From assembly GCA_043720395.1 (NCBI GenBank), contig JAYSSR010000040.1, forward strand, positions 45,639 to 109,638: a stretch of 64,000 nt of DNA, in the 5' to 3' direction. Shown piece by piece: positions 36,226-45,042 of this stretch. The translations under genes and the position numbers were made by a program. Below the pieces are notes generated by a model, which worked only from the letters and a program-made list of their open reading frames with translations, was not told the origin of the DNA and did no database searches. Origin of the DNA: Acidimicrobiia bacterium. GTDB lineage: Bacteria > Actinomycetota > Acidimicrobiia > Acidimicrobiales > JANYDT01. How positions within the stretch are numbered: position 1 is the first letter of the stretch; each line of letters starts with the position of its first letter.

Positions 36226-37065
36226 GTGGCAGACGTCCCAGAGCACCTGTTGAAACGGGCCGAAGAGGCCAAGGCTCGCGCCGCTGCGAAGAAGGCGGCT
36301 GCGGCTGGAGAGGCCGTGCCCATGCCAGTTGTCGCGGCGCCCGACTCCGGTGATGCGGCTAGCTATGCGGAGGCGGAACAAACCGGCAAGATTCCTGCGC
36401 ACCTGCTCGCCCGGAGCGCGGCTGCGAAGGCGGCCAAGGCCTCGGGCGGGGGCGAGGCCCCATCGGCGGGTGGTGGCGGGGTCGCGGTACTCGACAAACC
36501 GACGGGTGGGGCAACCGCCGCTGCCGCAGCGATGGCGACCCCAGCGTCGGCTGGTCTTGTGGGGCCGGCTGGCCACAACCAGCGGCTGCTTACCGTCGTC
36601 AAAGCCGGTTCGATTCAGGACGTGAAGGCAACGCCCACCGACAAGGTGAGCACGTGGCCCCACCTCCTCGTCGGTGAGTTCGTCGCTTCGCTCGCCTGCT
36701 TGACCGTCTTGATGATCATGTCGGTGTTCATCAACGCCCCATTGCTCAAATTGGCGAACTACAACCAGACGCCGAACCCTTCGAAAGCGCCGTGGTACTT
36801 CCTGGGTCTCCAGGAATTGCTCACGATGTTTCACCCCATGGTGGCCGGTGTCACCATTCCCGGCATGGGTCTGTTCATCCTGATTCTCGCGCCTTACGTC
36901 GACAAGAATCCGTCCAACAAGCCAGAAGACCGCAAGGTGGCGATCTCGCTGTTCTCGATCTTCATGATGTTTTGGGCGGTCCTCGTCATCATCGGATCAT
37001 TCTTCCGAGGACCTGGCTTTATTTTCATCTTTCCCTGGCAAAAGGGCATCTTCTTCGAGCTCTGA
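36226..37065 (+). CDS. Cytochrome b C-terminal (subunit IV-like) protein with a long Ala-rich N-terminal extension
   Basis: TM core with a Qo-loop-like NPSKAPWYFLGLQELL, preceded by about 140 aa of low-complexity Ala/Gly/Pro sequence. Confidence 0.8.
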   Translation: MADVPEHLLKRAEEAKARAAAKKAAAAGEAVPMPVVAAPDSGDAASYAEAEQTGKIPAHLLARSAAAKAAKASGGGEAPSAGGGGVAVLDKPTGGATAAAAAMATPASAGLVGPAGHNQRLLTVVKAGSIQDVKATPTDKVSTWPHLLVGEFVASLACLTVLMIMSVFINAPLLKLANYNQTPNPSKAPWYFLGLQELLTMFHPMVAGVTIPGMGLFILILAPYVDKNPSNKPEDRKVAISLFSIFMMFWAVLVIIGSFFRGPGFIFIFPWQKGIFFEL

Positions 37066-37115
37066 GCTCCAAGAAGACACCTCCGCACCGAGATCCCAAG
37101 CGCACCGAAATAGAT

Positions 37116-37988
37116 ATGAGCACTGGCACCACACTCCTCATCGCCATCATCGTTGTCGTCGTCCTGGCAGTGCTGTTCTTGGCCGTCACGGCTCGGAGCA
37201 GCGACCGTAACGCCGCGACCGGACTCCTTGCGCGGGAGACAGAACGGCGCGACCGTCAGCGCCGTCATCGCGCCGCGGTCGGCGACAACGAGGCACCTGC
37301 GGCATCAGGTCGCACGCTGGAGCGTTCCGTGGCGTTGGCGCAACGTGGTGGGAGTGCGGTCGCTGTCGTCGAAGCGGCGAGCGTGCCCGACATTCTCCGT
37401 CCACCAATGGATGCCGACCAACTAGGCGTTGTCAGGCGTCAGTTCATGAACCGCAGCATTATCGTCCTGTTCTTGGTGAGCCTCGGCGGCTTCGGTGCGT
37501 CTCTCTTGGCGTTTCTCTGGCCAAGCCAGACGGGTGGTTTCGGCGCGACCGTCAAAGTCGGCAAGCTCGATGACATCCTCGCCGACATCAAGACGAAGGA
37601 GGAGCCGTTCTACGTCGCAGAGGCCCGCACCTACCTCGTCCCGTATCCGAAGGAAGCGCTCGCGAAGGGCAAAGCCAGCTACGGCGAGACGGTGTACAAG
37701 GGCATGGAGCAGGGCGTGGTTGCCCTCTACCAGAAGTGTGTGCACCTGGGTTGCAAGGTGCCGTGGTGCAAGAGTTCGCAATGGTTCGAGTGCCCGTGTC
37801 ACGGTTCGCAGTACAACCGCGTCGGTGAGAAGAAGGCCGGCCCGGCACCGCGCGGACTTGATCGATTTGCCGTCAGCGTGGATGGCGGAATCGTGAGCGT
37901 CAACTCGGGTGCCCGTACCAACGGTCCCGCAATTGGCGTCAACACCACCGGGCAAGAGGCCGAAGGCCCCCACTGCGTCTCCGAATGA
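37116..37988 (+). CDS. Rieske [2Fe-2S] iron-sulfur subunit
   Basis: CVHLGC...CPCHGSQY Rieske boxes and two TM helices. The start is placed at MSTGTTLLIAIIVVVV inside the 398-aa ORF. Confidence 0.85.
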   Translation: MSTGTTLLIAIIVVVVLAVLFLAVTARSSDRNAATGLLARETERRDRQRRHRAAVGDNEAPAASGRTLERSVALAQRGGSAVAVVEAASVPDILRPPMDADQLGVVRRQFMNRSIIVLFLVSLGGFGASLLAFLWPSQTGGFGATVKVGKLDDILADIKTKEEPFYVAEARTYLVPYPKEALAKGKASYGETVYKGMEQGVVALYQKCVHLGCKVPWCKSSQWFECPCHGSQYNRVGEKKAGPAPRGLDRFAVSVDGGIVSVNSGARTNGPAIGVNTTGQEAEGPHCVSE

Positions 37989-39310
37989 TGGCTGCTGAGG
38001 AGAACATGAACGTCATTGACACTGTGAACGTGCTCGCGGCGACGCCGCAGAAGGCCGTCGGACTGACCATCCTGGTGGTCGCTCTGCTGGCCTGGGTGCT
38101 GTACCTCATTACCGAGAATCGGCGTACGCCGAAGTCGAACATCGAGAGCTTTCTCGGAGCGCCCAACCGGAAAGTGCCGCCGGAAGACGACGAGTTCGAA
38201 GGGCCCCGCCTCGATCGATTCCTCGGCTGGGCCCTCATCGGCATCGCAATCATGGCCGTGTCACTGCCCGCCTATTTCTTGGCTGAACCGGGGCGTGAAG
38301 TGGGCGCGATTCGGGGCTTCGACAAGCGAAGCGTCCATCGCGGCGAGGAGTCGTTCGGCGCCGAGCACAACGGATTCAACTGTGCGAAGTGTCACGGCGC
38401 AGACGGCGGCGGCGGCGTCACGTCCTGGTCCGTTGCGCAGTACAACGCCGATGGAACTCCCAAGATCGACCCTTCAACGAAGAAGCAGGAACTGAAGCAG
38501 GTCACTTGGTTAGCACCGAGAGTCAACGACGTTGCCCTTCGCTATCGGAGGGAACAGATCCGCAACGTCCTGATCTATGGGCGCGGCACCAACAAGCCAA
38601 TGCCCGCGTGGGGGATCAAGGGAGGCGGACCGGCCAACGAACAGCAGATCGATGACCTCGTGAATTACCTCCGCTTTGCTGCATTGGAACAGGACGAAGA
38701 AGCGGTAAAGGTGTACAACGCTGAATGGAACAGCAACGGTCATAGCGCGGACAAGGCGTTCGACAAGGCGTTCGAGGCAGCCGCCGAGAGAGCCCAGAAG
38801 GAATCAACCGACGCTCTCGCGAAGATCAAGACGGACTCCGCAAAAGCGGTGCAGGCAGCGTCCAACCCAACGGGACCGCTCCTGACCGCCACGAAGGGTC
38901 TCGCCGATGCCAAGACTGCGAACGATCCAGGTTTGATCGCAGCCGCCGAAGCCAAACTTGCTGAGGCAACCCGAAACCTCGACAACGCGAAAAAGGTGCT
39001 CGCCGCGTCGGATGGTGAGCTCCTGTTCAACTCGAACTGCGCTCGCTGTCACACGAATGGCTACAGCTACGGAGAGCCCAACGGATCCGGCGGCGGCTTC
39101 TACGGTCCGCGGCTCTCCGAGTCCAGCCTGACCCAGCAGTTCCCCGAGAAAGTCACTCAGATCGAATACATCAAGAACGGTGTGGAGGACTCGAAAGCCT
39201 ACGGTACCGGTGGCGTCAACCATTGGTCCGGCGGCGGAATGCCCTACTTCGGGACCATCCTCACGGATGAACAGATCGAAAAGATCGTCGACTACGAGCG
39301 GAGGCTGTGA
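37985..39310 (+). CDS. Dihaem c-type cytochrome, N-terminally anchored
   Basis: CAKCH and CARCH motifs, and an N-terminal TM helix LTILVVALLAWVLYLI. Its start overlaps the Rieske stop. Confidence 0.8.
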   Translation: MMAAEENMNVIDTVNVLAATPQKAVGLTILVVALLAWVLYLITENRRTPKSNIESFLGAPNRKVPPEDDEFEGPRLDRFLGWALIGIAIMAVSLPAYFLAEPGREVGAIRGFDKRSVHRGEESFGAEHNGFNCAKCHGADGGGGVTSWSVAQYNADGTPKIDPSTKKQELKQVTWLAPRVNDVALRYRREQIRNVLIYGRGTNKPMPAWGIKGGGPANEQQIDDLVNYLRFAALEQDEEAVKVYNAEWNSNGHSADKAFDKAFEAAAERAQKESTDALAKIKTDSAKAVQAASNPTGPLLTATKGLADAKTANDPGLIAAAEAKLAEATRNLDNAKKVLAASDGELLFNSNCARCHTNGYSYGEPNGSGGGFYGPRLSESSLTQQFPEKVTQIEYIKNGVEDSKAYGTGGVNHWSGGGMPYFGTILTDEQIEKIVDYERRL

Positions 39311-40182
39311 TGTCGGCCGTGCTGTCCACGCTCGTCAACGACGGTGGGGTCGTGGCGAACCTCCGATGGAATCCGACGTTTCGAGGCATTCTCTTTCCCA
39401 CCATCCAGTTCTTGGTGCTCTGTGGGAGTTGCTACCTCATTCTTGCTACGAATATTGGCAACCGTCTCGGTTTTCTGGTGGCGTCGGCCGCGTTTTGGGG
39501 ATGGATGGTCCTGATGACCCTGGTCTGGATGATTTACGGCATCGGACTGCTCGGCTTCGCTCCGAAATGGGTTGTGCAGGAGGCAATCACCGACAGCAAG
39601 ACTGCGCAGGTCGAGGTTGTCACGCGAATACCGAACGAGGCGACCACCATTGTGCCGAAGGGCTGGAAGGCCGTCGCCGACGGTGCGCCCGCGCGTGGCG
39701 AGGCTCAATCAGCGATCGATGCACGGCTCGTACCCGAGGGTCAGACGGCCACCTACGTGCCGATTTCCGGGTACGAGATCGGTGGCGAGCAGCGTCTGAA
39801 GGTGTGGCCGAAGATCGAGCCTGGTGGCAAGTGGTACAACCCGGCGGACTATGCGTTCCGCGGCCTCCTGCACTCGAAGCACTACTACGTCGGTCAGGTC
39901 CAACCAATGTTGTTGGAAGACGTCACCGTGAATGGTGTCGTGCAGTACGACGACAAAGGCAAAGCCAAGCAGACGGCGGTCAAGAAAGACGGGAAGGAAG
40001 TGCCCGATACTGCAAAACCCGTCACGACCGTTGTCTTGATTCGCGATCTCGGCTCGCGTCGTCAGCCGCCTTTCGTTATCTTTCTCTGTTCGCTCGTCCT
40101 GCTCAGCCTGTCGCTTTTCAACCTTCATCGACGCGACAAGCAAGTCATGGCTGCCATGTCACAGTTCGCGAAAGCAGCCTGA
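39307..40182 (+). CDS. Membrane protein of unknown function, last gene of the bc-type cluster
   Basis: 291 aa: three N-terminal TM helices, a soluble middle domain of about 150 aa, and a C-terminal TM helix (PFVIFLCSLVLLSLSLF). GTGA overlap with the cytochrome c stop, and it ends 6 nt before nuoA. Confidence 0.5.
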   Translation: MMSAVLSTLVNDGGVVANLRWNPTFRGILFPTIQFLVLCGSCYLILATNIGNRLGFLVASAAFWGWMVLMTLVWMIYGIGLLGFAPKWVVQEAITDSKTAQVEVVTRIPNEATTIVPKGWKAVADGAPARGEAQSAIDARLVPEGQTATYVPISGYEIGGEQRLKVWPKIEPGGKWYNPADYAFRGLLHSKHYYVGQVQPMLLEDVTVNGVVQYDDKGKAKQTAVKKDGKEVPDTAKPVTTVVLIRDLGSRRQPPFVIFLCSLVLLSLSLFNLHRRDKQVMAAMSQFAKAA

Positions 40183-40188
40183 CGGCTC

Positions 40189-40668
40189 ATGGCCGATTAC
40201 CTCCCGATCGTTCTGCTACTGATCGTTTCGACGCTCTTCGTTTTCGGTTCTTTCGTCGCAAGCGCCGTGCTTGGGCCGACGCGTCAGGAAACGGCAGCCA
40301 AGATCGGGCCGTACGAATGCGGGATCGTTCCAGACAAAGAGACGGCGGAGCGGTTCCCCGTCCGCTTCTATCTCGTCGCGATGATCTTCATCATCTTCGA
40401 TATCGAGATCATTTTCCTGTACCCGTGGGCTGTCCTGTTCGGGAGGCTCGGCACGTTCGGTCTGGTTGAGATGGTCATCTTCTCGATTGCCGTTCTGGTG
40501 TCGTTCGTGTATCTCATTTCCAACGGCGCGCTCGACTGGGGCCCGATTGCGCGACTTCGTGAACTCGAAGGGTCCGTAGCACTCCGGGTCCCCGATGAAC
40601 TTCGGACGTCGGCATCGTCGATTCGGCGAATCCCGAAGCCTCCACGTGAACCACAGGAAGCGGCCTGA
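40189..40668 (+). CDS. nuoA: NADH-quinone oxidoreductase subunit A (copy 1, with a C-terminal extension)
   Basis: PYECGIVP...[27 protein letters not shown]. Confidence 0.9.
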   Translation: MADYLPIVLLLIVSTLFVFGSFVASAVLGPTRQETAAKIGPYECGIVPDKETAERFPVRFYLVAMIFIIFDIEIIFLYPWAVLFGRLGTFGLVEMVIFSIAVLVSFVYLISNGALDWGPIARLRELEGSVALRVPDELRTSASSIRRIPKPPREPQEAA

Positions 40669-40669
40669 C

Positions 40670-41218
40670 ATGGGCCTCGAGGATCTCAACCACAACTTCG
40701 TCACGGGCACAGTCGAATCGCTTGTGAAGTGGAGTCGCCAAAACAGTGTGTGGCCGGCGTCGTTCGGACTTGCCTGCTGCGCCATCGAGATGATGGCGAC
40801 CGGTGCTTCGCGGTTCGATCTCGCCCGTTTCGGCATGGAAGTCTTCCGCGCCTCTCCGCGCCAAGCCGATCTCATGATCGTTGCCGGACGCGTCTCCCAG
40901 AAGATGGCACCGGTACTTCGTCAGGTCTACGACCAGATGATGGAACCGAAATGGGTGATCTCGATGGGTGTTTGCGCGTCTTCCGGCGGGATGTTCAACA
41001 ACTACGCCATCGTTCAGGGAGTGGACCAGATTGTTCCGGTCGACGTGTACGCGCCAGGTTGCCCACCTGGACCGGAGACGCTGATCTACTCAATCCTCAC
41101 GCTGCACGAGAAGATCAAGACCGGCGAGATCACGAAGAGGCGTCAAGACAGCGGTGCCGGTGCCGGGATCATGCTGGACGCACCTCCGCCCACCATCGCG
41201 ATTGGTCGGCCCAAGTGA
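40670..41218 (+). CDS. nuoB: NADH-quinone oxidoreductase subunit B (copy 1, actinobacterial type)
   Basis: [60 protein letters not shown]. Confidence 0.9.
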   Translation: MGLEDLNHNFVTGTVESLVKWSRQNSVWPASFGLACCAIEMMATGASRFDLARFGMEVFRASPRQADLMIVAGRVSQKMAPVLRQVYDQMMEPKWVISMGVCASSGGMFNNYAIVQGVDQIVPVDVYAPGCPPGPETLIYSILTLHEKIKTGEITKRRQDSGAGAGIMLDAPPPTIAIGRPK

Positions 41219-41255
41219 TATTGCACCAACTCCAAACCGCCGGCTGGTAGCGAAC

Positions 41256-41786
41256 ATGAGCGACCAGACCACTGCCGGAAGCACCGACGAAACGTCTGCG
41301 GCGCCCGATCCCGAGACTCTTCACGGCGCGCCCATCACGTACAGCCGCGGCCAGAAGACAGCGCACGCTTCCACCTCCGGGTACATCAAGCTCGTCACGG
41401 AACTCAAGGAGACCGGGTTCAACATGTGTGTCGATCTCACTGCGGTCGACTACCTGATGACTACCGATCGGGACCTCCCGGCAGGCACGGTCGGTGAACG
41501 ATTCGAGATCGTTGCCAACCTTCTGTCTCACTCGAATCGCCAGCGGATTCGCGTCCGCGCGCAGGTTCCAGAGTCTTCGGCGTCAATTTCATCGCTCTAC
41601 GATCTCTACCCGGGAACCGAGGCAATGGAGCGCGAGGTCTACGACCTGCTCGGTGTGACCTTCGACGGCCATCCAGACCTGACCCGAATTCTTCTGCCCG
41701 ACGAATGGGAGGGTCATCCCCTCCGCAAGGATGACCCGATGGGTCGCATTCCCGTGCAGTTCAAGTCCGCACCCCAGGCGAGATGA
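41256..41786 (+). CDS. nuoC: NADH-quinone oxidoreductase subunit C
   Basis: ERFEIVANLLS, YPGTEAMEREVYDLLGVTFDGHPDLTRILLPDEWEGHPLRKD. Confidence 0.9.
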   Translation: MSDQTTAGSTDETSAAPDPETLHGAPITYSRGQKTAHASTSGYIKLVTELKETGFNMCVDLTAVDYLMTTDRDLPAGTVGERFEIVANLLSHSNRQRIRVRAQVPESSASISSLYDLYPGTEAMEREVYDLLGVTFDGHPDLTRILLPDEWEGHPLRKDDPMGRIPVQFKSAPQAR

Positions 41787-43105
41787 GTCGGTTCGACATG
41801 AACACCAGCCAGGAAATGCAGGACCGGACCGACACGTCAGCCAAGGAAATCGAACGCGAGGAGGGCGCAGTATTGCGCGGTGTGTCGGACTCCGACGCCG
41901 CTGTCTACAGCGCCGAGGATTACAACATCGAACTCGGCGACGACGAGACGATGATCATCAATATGGGCCCTCAGCACCCAAGCACGCACGGCGTCCTGCG
42001 CGTGATGATGGAACTCCGCGGCGAACAGGTACTCCGCACCAAGCCAGTGATCGGCTATCTCCATACCGGCATGGAAAAGACGGCTGAGAATCTCACCTTC
42101 CTGCAGGGTGGCACCAACGTCACCCGAATGGACTATCTGAGTCCGCTGTTCAATGAGTTGGCGTTCTCGATGGCGACCGAGCAATTGCTGGATATCGAGA
42201 TTCCGGACCGTGCAACGTGGATCCGCATGCTCATGTGCGAGCTCAACCGGATGGCAAGTCACCTTCTGTTCATGGCCACCAACGGCATGGACCTCGGCGC
42301 CGTCGGCATGATGATCTACGGATGGCGCGAACGCGAACTCGTGCTCAGCTTCTTCGAGCGCACGACCGGTCTTCGGATGAATCACAACTACATCCGCCCC
42401 GGCGGGGTTGCAGCGGATCTTCCACCCGGCTGGCAGGCGGAAGTGCTCTCGCTCTGCGCAGAGATCGAGCCCCGCCTTGATGAGTACGACACGCTGCTGA
42501 CCGGGCAGCCGATCTTCCTCAATCGAACTCAGGGCGTCGGCGTCATCTCGGCCGATGAAGCGATTGCGCTCGCCGCTACCGGTCCAATCCTTCGTTCGAC
42601 CGGCGTCGAGTGGGATCTCCGGCGGCACATGCCGTACCTCGCCTATGACAAGGTCGACTTCGACGTGATCGTGGGCACACATGGTGACGCGTTCGACCGT
42701 TACGCGATCCGCCTGCATGAGATCCGTGAATCGATCCGCATCGTCCGCCAGGTCGTTGACATGATGCCCATGGGTGACTACCGGACGCAGAACAAGAAGG
42801 TAACCCCGCCGCCGCGCGGCCGCATCGATGAGTCGATGGAAGCGCTCATCCACCATTTCAAACTCTTCACCGACGGCTTCAAGGTTCCCGCTGGGGAGGT
42901 CTACGCGCCCGTAGAGTCGCCCCGCGGCGAACTCGGCTGCTACATGGTCAGCGATGGTGGGACCAAGCCGTACCGGATGCACATGCGTGGTCCGAGCTTC
43001 GTGAACCTGCAATCGATGCCCACCATGATGAAGGGTGCGATGGTCGCCGACGCAATCGCGATCATCTCCTCGATCGACCCCGTCCTCGGTGAGGTCGACC
43101 GGTAG
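41783..43105 (+). CDS. nuoD: NADH-quinone oxidoreductase subunit D
   Basis: NMGPQHPSTHGVLR, GYLHTGMEK, ESPRGELG, and a C-terminal DPVLGEVDR. Confidence 0.9.
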   Translation: MSRFDMNTSQEMQDRTDTSAKEIEREEGAVLRGVSDSDAAVYSAEDYNIELGDDETMIINMGPQHPSTHGVLRVMMELRGEQVLRTKPVIGYLHTGMEKTAENLTFLQGGTNVTRMDYLSPLFNELAFSMATEQLLDIEIPDRATWIRMLMCELNRMASHLLFMATNGMDLGAVGMMIYGWRERELVLSFFERTTGLRMNHNYIRPGGVAADLPPGWQAEVLSLCAEIEPRLDEYDTLLTGQPIFLNRTQGVGVISADEAIALAATGPILRSTGVEWDLRRHMPYLAYDKVDFDVIVGTHGDAFDRYAIRLHEIRESIRIVRQVVDMMPMGDYRTQNKKVTPPPRGRIDESMEALIHHFKLFTDGFKVPAGEVYAPVESPRGELGCYMVSDGGTKPYRMHMRGPSFVNLQSMPTMMKGAMVADAIAIISSIDPVLGEVDR

Positions 43106-43133
43106 GTCGAACAGTAAAGAGATACGTACGCAT

Positions 43134-43697
43134 ATGGCCCGCTTCACTCCCGCAAATCTCGAACGCGCCCGCGAGCTCGTGGGTCATTACCCGCGTCCGA
43201 AAAGCGCCACGATCCCGCTCTGCCATCTCGCGCAGGAGCAGGACGGTTACCTCAGCGATGCCGCAATGGAGCAGATCGCCGAGCTCGCAGGGTGCACGCC
43301 CGCCGAGGTCTACGGCACGGCGAGCTTTTACGAGATGTTCAAGTTTCACGAGGTAGGCAAATACCTGATCGGCGTCTGCACGAACATCTCCTGCATGCTG
43401 CTCGGAGGCGAGGAATTGCTTGATCACGCAGCCGACTCGCTCGGCGTCCGACCTGGCGCAACAACGTCCGACGGGCTGTTCACGCTTGAGGAGATGGAGT
43501 GCCTCGCTGCGTGCACCGAGGCACCCTGCCTGCAGGTCAACTACCGCTACCACCACAAGGTCACCAGCGCAGACTTTGACGGCCTCGTCGCTGACCTGCG
43601 ACTCGGTAAGCGTTCCGAGATCCCGCTGCATGGGACGCTCTCCAAAGTCCGACAGTCCATCCCGGCCGACCGCCGCGCCAGCCACGACAGCATCTGA
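43134..43697 (+). CDS. nuoE: NADH-quinone oxidoreductase subunit E
   Basis: [2Fe-2S] Cys pattern CTNISCML...ECLAACTEAP. Confidence 0.9.
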   Translation: MARFTPANLERARELVGHYPRPKSATIPLCHLAQEQDGYLSDAAMEQIAELAGCTPAEVYGTASFYEMFKFHEVGKYLIGVCTNISCMLLGGEELLDHAADSLGVRPGATTSDGLFTLEEMECLAACTEAPCLQVNYRYHHKVTSADFDGLVADLRLGKRSEIPLHGTLSKVRQSIPADRRASHDSI

Positions 43698-43708
43698 GGA
43701 ACTAGCTC

Positions 43709-45016
43709 ATGCCGGCACCTCTCAAGATGATCACGACCCGCTGGGATCAACCCGATGGTCACACTCTCGACGGCTACCTCCGTACCGGCGGCTACGACGC
43801 TCTCCGCAAAGCGCTTGCGACCGATCCGGGGGCAGTGATCGAGGAGGTCAAGACGGCCAACCTTGCCGGTCGCGGCGGCGCGGGCTTCCCGTGCGGCACG
43901 AAATGGTCCTTTCTCCCGAAAGACGTGTTCCCCCGCTATCTCGTCGTCAACGGCGATGAGTCCGAGCCCGGCACCTATAAGGACCGCATCCTGCTGGAAC
44001 GCGATCCGCATCAGTTGATCGAGGGCGTCCTCATCACGAGCTGGGCAATTCAGGCGAAGCAGGCGTTCATCTACATCCGAGGCGAAATGCCGCACGCGCA
44101 CGAGCGCATGGCGCAGGCGCTGAACGACGCGTACGCCGCTGGCTTCATCGGCAAGAACATCTGCGGCACCGACTTCTCGATCGACGTCATGCTGCACTGG
44201 GGTGCCGGGGCGTACATCGTCGGCGAGGAAACTGCGCTCATCGAGTCACTCGAAGGCAATCGCGGTATGCCGCGATTGAAGCCGCCGTTCTTCCCGGCTT
44301 CCAAGGGCCTGTATATGCAGCCCACGGTGGTCAACAACGTTGAAACTCTTTCGAATTTGCCATGGATCATCAACAACGGGGCCAAGGCATTCACGGCGAT
44401 CGGCAACGAGAAGAACTCTGGCACCCGATTGTTCGCAGTTTCGGGCCACGTGAAGAAACCCGGTGTGTTCGAAGTCGAGTTCGGCACCACGACGTTCCGG
44501 GAACTGTTCTACGACCCACAATTCTGCGGCGGGATCCGTGCTGACCGCACGGTGAAGGCATTCATCCCCGGCGGCGGGTCGGCACCGTGGTTCTTCGCTG
44601 AAGACCTTGATACGCCCCTCGACGCAGGCATCGTAGCCAGCAAGGGATCGATGCTCGGGTCCGGTGCGATTATCGTGATGGACGACACGACCGACATGGT
44701 GAAAGCCGCGTGGCGACTCGTGAAGTTCTTCGCGAAAGAGAGCTGTGGGAAATGCTCGCCGTGCCGGGAGGGCACGAACTGGCTTGAGAAGATTTACCGT
44801 CGGATACTTGAGGGCCACGGCCGTCCCGAGGATATCGACCTCCTCCTCGACGTTGCCGACAACATCAGCCCCGGGCTCACCTGGCCCCCGAAGCAGACGA
44901 CCATCTGTCCACTCGGCCCGTCTGCGGCGGGTGGTGCCCTCGTGAGTTCCATCCGTCATTTCCGTAGCGAATACGACGCCTACGTCTCCCATACCTCGGT
45001 TGCGGCCGCGCACTGA
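43709..45016 (+). CDS. nuoF: NADH-quinone oxidoreductase subunit F
   Basis: GRGGAGFPCGTKWSF, NGDESEPGT, ESCGKCSPCREG. Confidence 0.9.
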   Translation: MPAPLKMITTRWDQPDGHTLDGYLRTGGYDALRKALATDPGAVIEEVKTANLAGRGGAGFPCGTKWSFLPKDVFPRYLVVNGDESEPGTYKDRILLERDPHQLIEGVLITSWAIQAKQAFIYIRGEMPHAHERMAQALNDAYAAGFIGKNICGTDFSIDVMLHWGAGAYIVGEETALIESLEGNRGMPRLKPPFFPASKGLYMQPTVVNNVETLSNLPWIINNGAKAFTAIGNEKNSGTRLFAVSGHVKKPGVFEVEFGTTTFRELFYDPQFCGGIRADRTVKAFIPGGGSAPWFFAEDLDTPLDAGIVASKGSMLGSGAIIVMDDTTDMVKAAWRLVKFFAKESCGKCSPCREGTNWLEKIYRRILEGHGRPEDIDLLLDVADNISPGLTWPPKQTTICPLGPSAAGGALVSSIRHFRSEYDAYVSHTSVAAAH

Positions 45017-45042
45017 TCCCGCCTGACTTCTCCGGAACCACC

